A stretch of DNA of 63,835 bases, filler included, from Neoconidiobolus thromboides FSU 785 (Eukaryota > Fungi > Entomophthoromycota): NCBI GenBank assembly GCA_025603075.1. It is 9 parts of 9 records of this genome, joined end to end, with 100 filler letters (N's around TTAATTAATTAA, not from the genome) between each part and the next. Parts side by side here need not be neighbours in the genome. Positions count along the whole stretch, not along the records: positions 57,165 to 59,557 come from MU626858.1; positions 59,658 to 61,084 come from MU626968.1; positions 61,185 to 62,587 come from MU626976.1; positions 62,688 to 63,835 come from MU627031.1; 5 more parts are not named here. One strand, 5' to 3'. Below, piece after piece: positions 57,065 through 63,835 of this stretch (position 1 is the stretch's first letter; each line of letters starts with the position of its first letter). Both the position numbers and the translations under genes were made by a program. Under the pieces are notes generated by a model that had not been told where the DNA came from, did not search any database, and saw only the letters and a list, made by a program, of their open reading frames with translations.

Positions 57065-57165
57065 NNNNNNNNNNNNNNNNNNNNNNNNNNNNNNNNNNNN
57101 NNNNNNNNTTAATTAATTAANNNNNNNNNNNNNNNNNNNNNNNNNNNNNNNNNNNNNNNNNNNNT

Positions 57166-57342
57166 CTTACTCCAGTATCAAATCAAATGTCCTTTATACA
57201 AGCTAAAGGTATCGATATTTATGGTACTGCTATTTTGATATTATTATCAAGTTTTATTTCATCATTATACTCATTATTTTTTCTGTCTAAACTTGGGTAC
57301 AACTTCTATAAGCAAATATCCCATAAAGCCAAAACTGAATAA
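57166..57342 (+). CDS. C-terminal fragment of a membrane-anchored protein (5'-truncated by gap)
   Basis: Frame open from contig start: LTPVSNQMSFIQAKGIDIYGTAILILLSSFISSLYSLFFLSKLGYNFYKQISHKAKTE*. Confidence 0.45.
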   Translation, partial: LTPVSNQMSFIQAKGIDIYGTAILILLSSFISSLYSLFFLSKLGYNFYKQISHKAKTE

Positions 57343-57529
57343 ATGAATGGCTTTTTTGTTATTACCTTTGTAAAAGTTGTTTTGGTTTATAGTATTTATT
57401 AAAGAATGGACTACCAGTATAGTGTTTTTATTAATGAGATTTAAAACTATAACTTGCAAATAATGAGTATATCAAACTAAACCGACTTTAATTATAAAAA
57501 AATTCAAGTAGAAATTTAATAGAAAACAT

Positions 57530-57560
57530 AACTATAACTATAACTATAACTATAACTATA
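57530..57560. repeat. (AACTAT)5 microsatellite
   Basis: AACTATAACTATAACTATAACTATAACTATA. Confidence 0.9.
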
Positions 57561-59436
57561 AGTGAGCATAAATATTTTGGCAATATTTAAAAAGTTTATA
57601 ACTATCTAAACCGATTATATATTATAACAAAACTAGTGTATATAAGCAAAAAAATAGTATAAATATGAATAGAGATGGTTTTTAGCTTATAGCTGACCAA
57701 GTTTAGCGCTATCTTCAAATAAACATTGTAGTTAAAACATTGACTTTTGGCATTTTACAAGTAAAAAATATTTCATTAATTTTTGTATTTTATTATCACT
57801 TTGTTAGAACTGTTACTGTTTGAGACCTAGGCTAAAATTTCACTTTACCTCTCTATATTTAGATAGTTTTTTTGCAGCTTTTCAACCTATCACAGTTATC
57901 TCAAAAAAAAAGAACAAATTCTTTTGAATTTTGTCTAATAAGGAGACACAAAAATGAAAAAAACAAACCATTAGTACAAATTAATTTTTTATCAAAACTA
58001 AACTTTTTATCACAAAAGTTTACTTCACTTTAATTTTAGTTATTATTGAAAATCCTTTTGGAATATGTTCGAATATTTTTTTGAAATAGTCATGATAGAC
58101 TAGAAATACTGTATATTATTTGCTATAAAGGCAGCATAATTCATCAACGTAAATGAGATAAAAAGACTCAAGATAATAAATGAAAATAAAAGTTTTTATT
58201 AAGTAAAAATCAAAACGTGAACTCCAACAAACTAGTTAAGGCTAATAATTTTCAATTTTTCAAGCATATTTATCCTAATAGAGGTTGGGGCGGTGGATTT
58301 GCCTTAGAAAAAGCTCCTATAAATTAATCAATGAGAGCGAGTTTGAAGTTATTGATGGTGAGTTCAGCTAAAAGAGAGATCAGTCTCCAACTGGTACTAG
58401 AAGATGACTTGCGAGCGATCCCTAAACCGTAACCACTTTTTTTCACCAAGGTCAGCTTACAATTTTTTTAAAAGTCAAGTTTACCAATATTTTTCAAGAA
58501 TAACATTTACTATTTTATTTACTAATAATTGTTCACCAAATAAATCGATGGGTAAAAGAACATTAAAACATCAGCTCTTATTTTATATCATAATTTTAGA
58601 AGCTTATAAACATTGATCAGTTTGTTAATTAAAATGTTATTTGTATTAAATTAGCATGTGTTATCAGATCAAGTAGTTAAAATATTTGTAAACATACTAT
58701 GAAAGCCAAAGTGTGCTACTACACCAATTGAATGATGAACTTGATTTAATTTGATAAGTATAATAGAAATACTATTTTAAATCCGAATTCGGAAATCAAG
58801 TTTAACCATTTATAGTTTATGAGTTTAATAATTTGATATTAATGAGAAGAACACTATGACTTAGTATTAAAATATATTTGTTTTACTGTGAAAAGAAAAG
58901 GTGACTGATTGCGTCAACTGTGATTAATAGCAATAGTTAGCCTTGTATCGGTTCTTTCGTTCCCATATTTAACTTTCTAAAAAGCTATAGTATTAGTATA
59001 ATGCTCTCCATTTGGACGTTATTTATAAATCAAATATTGATCATTGTTTAGAATTAAAAATATTCAATCGGTAAAATTGAAATCAATTGTTGATACCACT
59101 AATTTTATACTATCTAACTGATGATGACTAATTAAATCATTTAATCTGATAAAGTTCTTTTGAAGCCCTTATCCTTTTATTTCTTAAATTTTTGCATCTA
59201 TAAGTTTTTTCATTATAAATAAGCCGAATCATCTCTATAGGTGCATAGTCGGAAAAAATTAGATAGGGTTCATAATTTAGGAATATAGTCCGAAATTTCC
59301 AAGTATAAATTTAACTAAATTGATAAATAGCGTACAGAAAGCAGCAAAAATAATGAGTATATAAAGGCTGTATAAAAGATAAAAATGGTATAAAGATTAA
59401 AGTTAAAAAATAACCCAGATTAAAAATACATTTAAA

Positions 59437-59557
59437 ATGAAACTATTATCATTAACACTTGCTTTTACATTTTTAGATTCGTTAAATGGATTTAGTGGTA
59501 AAGGAGAGTTATTTGATAGTAATAGCAGTCCTAAATTAAATGTTGTAGTACACTCAG
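59437..59557 (+). CDS. N-terminus of a probable secreted protein (3'-truncated by gap)
   Basis: MKLLSLTLAFTFLDSLNGFSGKG..., TATAAA upstream, frame open to contig end. Confidence 0.45.
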
Positions 59558-59658
59558 NNNNNNNNNNNNNNNNNNNNNNNNNNNNNNNNNNNNNNNNNNN
59601 NTTAATTAATTAANNNNNNNNNNNNNNNNNNNNNNNNNNNNNNNNNNNNNNNNNNNNC

Positions 59659-59730
59659 CTTCGTCAATGTGGTCCAGGAACTCGTTGTCAACAACAAGGT
59701 CAAGACAATGTCTTCTGTAATTATGCCTAA
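59659..59730 (+). CDS. C-terminal CBM19-like chitin-binding module fragment
   Basis: LRQCGPGTRCQQQGQDNVFCNYA* (CxPGTxC...C pattern). Confidence 0.55.
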   Translation, partial: LRQCGPGTRCQQQGQDNVFCNYA

Positions 59731-60428
59731 TTCTATAAAATATTTAAATAAAAATATTTATTGCAAAATTTATCTCTGAGGTCTATTTTGTATAAATTAT
59801 AATACAGTTAGGAGTAGTTACTTAAAATCAAACTTGTATACTTTATTGGTTTTTTTGCTATATACAAATCTCTAATTACGTTTTAGAGATTTAGAGGTGC
59901 TCAAATGTTTTATTCAAGAAAAGAGATAAAAGAAACCATAAAACTAAATTTAAAATGCATTTAGATACAATTTTTAGTCTAAATAAATGCTATGAAATAT
60001 AAACACTGAAAAACATTGCTCTCATTTGATAAAATAAAAAATATAGAGAGAGAGACCATTTTATTAAAAAACACTGCTTTCTTAAAAGCTTTATTTTTTA
60101 TTCTCTTTAATGTTTGTAAAATAAGAAATTTAATAAAAAAAAATAATTTGAATAAATACCTTTTGAGCAAATTATACTTGTGATTTACCTAAACTAGAAA
60201 ATCCACTCATAAACATTAAGAAGATATGAGATTCATAATGCTCACATTCAAAAATCGCGGCCATATTTTGAGGCAAAGAGACAAATAATCAAACGATGGA
60301 GAAAAAATAAAATTGATATGATAGCTCCGCTAAAACGATGGAAGAATGCTACAAGGTAAATAATAACAACTAATATACGTAAACAATCCGCCTCGGTTTT
60401 TGCAAATATTATCATCACTTAGGCTAAA

Positions 60429-60665
60429 ATGAAATATATTTCCTATGCTATTTTATTTTCTATTTTTACCTTTCATTTAGTTTGTTAGCTCTCAAAAGTC
60501 CCAATCCATAATATTGTAACGACTAAGACCATTGTCTCAGGGTCACACTTTGTAGCCAGTGGTTACTACTTTGTTTATAGTGAAGACTATTTCATGCATC
60601 GAAACTGTGCTCTAGAAGCTGGCTGTAATCTAACCGGAAGCAATACATGTTACAACAAAGTTTAG
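60429..60665 (+). pseudogene. Small Cys-containing secreted protein with a single in-frame TAG
   Basis: MKYISYAILFSIFTFHLVC*LSKVP...RNCALEAGCNLTGSNTCYNKV*; stop at 60486-88. Confidence 0.4.
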
Positions 60666-61194
60666 TTTTTAAGATGTTTAAATAAATATTTAAACCTGTA
60701 ATTATTTAAAGATGATTTAGGTTAATGCTTTAACTATAAATAGAACTATAAGAACGAATGTATATAAATAACCTAATGCATAATTTAGTATATATTTTTA
60801 TATACACTGTTTTTATAGTCTCGTAGTTAACTAAATCTGTTATTTTAAAAAAAGGGATAGATAAAACGCTGATTAAAAACCTTCTTGCTAGTGAAATTTG
60901 ACAAAATAAACTCTGCATTTGAATTTGTCCAAAAATAAGCTAAAAATTAACGAAAAATAAATGACGGAGAAGGTAGATAAAATTGAAGAATTAACTCCGT
61001 GAAAAAAGGGGTAGAGTAACCAACAATAAAGCAACTAGAGCTAGGCTGTCAAAAGATGATATATAAAGAAAAAAGAGAAAGCTCNNNNNNNNNNNNNNNN
61101 NNNNNNNNNNNNNNNNNNNNNNNNNNNNTTAATTAATTAANNNNNNNNNNNNNNNNNNNNNNNNNNNNNNNNNNNNNNNNNNNNACAATTTTAG

Positions 61195-61305
61195 TCCACA
61201 AATTGATCCATTCATAAATGGGGTTCAAAATGTTCCAAATGTCTTTGGCTCTTTCATTGGACCAAATGGATTGTTTAACTCTATTTGGGGCACTGGCAAA
61301 CAATA
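61195..61305 (+). CDS. Last exon of a small protein (rest in gap)
   Basis: After TTTTAG acceptor: TIDPFINGVQNVPNVFGSFIGPNGLFNSIWGTGKQ*; TATATAAA just left of the gap. Confidence 0.35.
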
Positions 61306-61760
61306 AACTTTGTTTTTATTAATACTTTTTTATCACTGTATATCATTATCATCTTCATTGCTGTGTTTTTATAATTTTACGGCTTTTTTTATTGTCTGTT
61401 ATAGCTTTTTACTGTATAAAAAGTAATAAAGATAAAATTCATAAATAAATTAGTTACTTTGGGTTTTTTATTTAATGTTTTTATACAATTGGAACTTATA
61501 GATAAATGCTTAGAAAAAAATCGCTCAGTTTAGTAAATTTTGAAATTTAAGATTTTCAACTTTAAAATCAGACAATAAGATTTGATTTATAATATTAGTC
61601 CAATATTTAAGCTCATGCCGATAGTTTTTTTAAACAATAAAATAGTCATTAAAAACAAGGGATCTGCTATCTAATGTCATGATAATAGACAAAGTTTATC
61701 TAAAATTAGCATAGATATATTCTATAAACTCAAAACCAATAAAAAAATAGCTTAACATTT

Positions 61761-61859
61761 GAGGATGTTTTTTTTGTCTTCCATTACTTTTTTCATTTTT
61801 AAGCGCTATTTAAGCGGGAAGATTGTTAGCAAAATTCTTAAACGAAAAATTACATCACC
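61761..61859 (-). mobile_element. 99-bp MITE, ATTT TSD
   Basis: ATTT at 61757-60 and 61860-63. Confidence 0.85.
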
Positions 61860-62687
61860 ATTTAATAGTGTTTATTTAAGGTAGTAATAACAAAAATACG
61901 AATCGATCTTTTTTAGATTGTTCATTGCTACAAATATACTATTTTATTTAAGGTGATGTAAATGATCTAAAGTGAAGGCATGAGTTTATTAATCTGAGAT
62001 TAAGTAAGAGCATCATCTTTATCGGTTTAATGCTTAAGTTTTTACATTGCTTTTCATCGGTCTTTGAGCAATATTGAATACATCTATGTCCATTGTGATG
62101 ATTTCTTTCCATTATACTAATGCTTCTAATAATCATCAATGTAAATTATTTAGCATACACTTTGCTCTATTCTTAAATAGCTTTTAGGCAAGAAGTTTAG
62201 TAAAAGCCCATTTTTACCATGAATAAACAATCTTAATGCTATTTCAGGTCAAATTGTAATATATAGCATTGTATAACACTTGTTACACAAAAGGCGATAT
62301 TGTTTTTTATTATTTTTTAACCTGATATTTTGCTTTGGTTTTCTTCAGTAATTCTGAGGCTTTTATAGAATTCGATAATACCTTTTTCGAAATTTAAAAT
62401 ATTCTGATAAATAAATAGCTAATTTTTTTAATGCCATATCTTTTTTAAACACCAAAACAAATTAATCGAAAACAAATAATGATAAAATAGTCAAACCTTT
62501 TTTGTAAATAAAACTAAGTCTAATAGCGACACTTTATAGTTTTAAACTTTATATGTATAATGGCAATCTAATATTTGCCATTACATANNNNNNNNNNNNN
62601 NNNNNNNNNNNNNNNNNNNNNNNNNNNNNNNTTAATTAATTAANNNNNNNNNNNNNNNNNNNNNNNNNNNNNNNNNNNNNNNNNNNN

Positions 62688-63212
62688 TTTTCTCTGAACT
62701 CAAGAACACAACAGCTTAGGCGATTGTTATGTTATAATTAACCATGGGACTGACAAAGCGATATTTCACAGCTCTATGGTTGATTATAATATGGCAATCA
62801 CTCAAGTCGTTGTATTCCCAAGTTCAGCCACAATCAACCACATGCTCTTATTTTGACTTACTATGGGAATTTCTGTCATGTAGTCCCAAAAGGCGTTATC
62901 TCCCATTTTGATACCCATACTTGTTGAAGTATAAAAGAGATTCTTCAACATAATAACCTGAGGCTTTTTAACTGGATTGTTCCTTGACATTATGCCTTCA
63001 ATAAAGCTGCTGAATTTCTCTGATAATATTTTACGTAGGTTTTACACTAGTATTGTCTATTCTATTTGCCTTACATAGTCCATAGCCTATTACATGGTAT
63101 TCTTCATAATTCAAGTCTATCTTAGTTACATAAACTAAGACCTTTCGACTTGTGGCTAGTCAGTCATGGAAAAACTGCTTTTGACTCTAATCACTGAGTA
63201 CCAGATTTCACA
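62688..63212. mobile_element. Two solo-LTR-like copies in opposite orientation (62688-62770 and 62771-63212)
   Basis: Both end in ATTTCACA and align with 3070-3532 / 22426-22889. Confidence 0.75.
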
Positions 63213-63244
63213 AAGTCTTTTGAATTGAACTTTTCTTATTCAAT

Positions 63245-63342
63245 TTTAAGCTTTTTAGATTTAATTAATTATACATTAAGGACTTACAAATTTAACTTAA
63301 AATTTGATTAAGTGAATTCTGAAACCAATTTGGGATATCCTT
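63245..63342 (-). mobile_element. Fragment of Sola-like element left end
   Basis: Reverse complement AATTGGTTTCAGAATTCACTTA...AAATCTAAAAAGCTTAAAATT matches 325-420; ATAT flank. Confidence 0.6.
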
Positions 63343-63835
63343 ATATACTTTTTTAAAAAAAGGCACAGGCTATGGATATTTTAAAACTACACATAAATTA
63401 AAATTCTTAAATATTGAAATTTCAAGTTGTGTAGCTAACCTTATGTATTTATCAACCAGTCAATCTTAATTAATAAAGTTACTAATAGCTTAGCAGGAGA
63501 CAACACAAAAAAATAAAGATCAAGTTATTGTATGAGCACATTTTAAAAAGGGAGGATTACAACTAAACTTATCTAGTTTAATAAAACTTGGATTGATGTT
63601 GATGAATCAGTTTCCAATTAATAAAAGCTATTACTAATTTCTCTATTTTTAAGAAATTGAAGACTGATTATATCACAAACAATTTATTTATCAAGTGGAA
63701 TAGGGAGCAAAGTAGAAATGTAAGATCATAGAGAACTTCATAAACACATTATTTGTAAAGCGAAATATAAAGTGTAAGCAAAATCTTTGGTGGGAAACAT
63801 TGTAAAAATACTAGAAAGAAAGGTAGTATTAAGCT

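Noticed and set aside
58050-58620. Minus-strand frame with several TGA among hydrophobic codons, suggesting mitochondrial code or a NUMT
   Set aside because: TAA/TAG also interrupt it and no mitochondrial protein is recognisable; at most an unidentified relic.

Overview
Very AT-rich fungal genomic scaffold made of 9 contigs joined by eight artificial 100-nt spacers (44 N + TTAATTAATTAA + 44 N). LYS12, DASH Hsk3 and a CBM19-like domain point to a fungus; the low GC and many short introns suggest an early-diverging lineage, possibly Entomophthorales/Conidiobolus-like (inference). Genes: a 5S rRNA (partial), 3 tRNAs, a MATA-type HMG-box transcription factor, a DHHC palmitoyltransferase, tyrosinase (partial), MDR/ABCB transporter, S28 serine peptidase, FAR11, a secreted zincin, SMYD, LYS12, two divergent NUP85-like genes, RCM1/NSUN5, VPS68, HMT1-like ABC half transporter, HSK3, DSL1/ZW10-like and the PCP1 rhomboid. 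Mobile DNA: a nest of decayed Sola-like DDD transposons (one copy inserted into another), about 18 copies of a 99-bp MITE with GGG...CCC ends and directly demonstrable 4-bp target-site duplications (TSDs), and a 463-bp TG...CA solo-LTR-like element. The most unusual structures are two contigs whose ends are near-identical inverted repeats. One is a 2.6-kb cassette carrying only the mating-type-like HMG gene; the other is a 26.3-kb block of housekeeping genes bounded by 489-bp inverted copies of a SMYD pseudogene. All alignments and coordinates were read by eye; exon boundaries of multi-exon genes are approximate.
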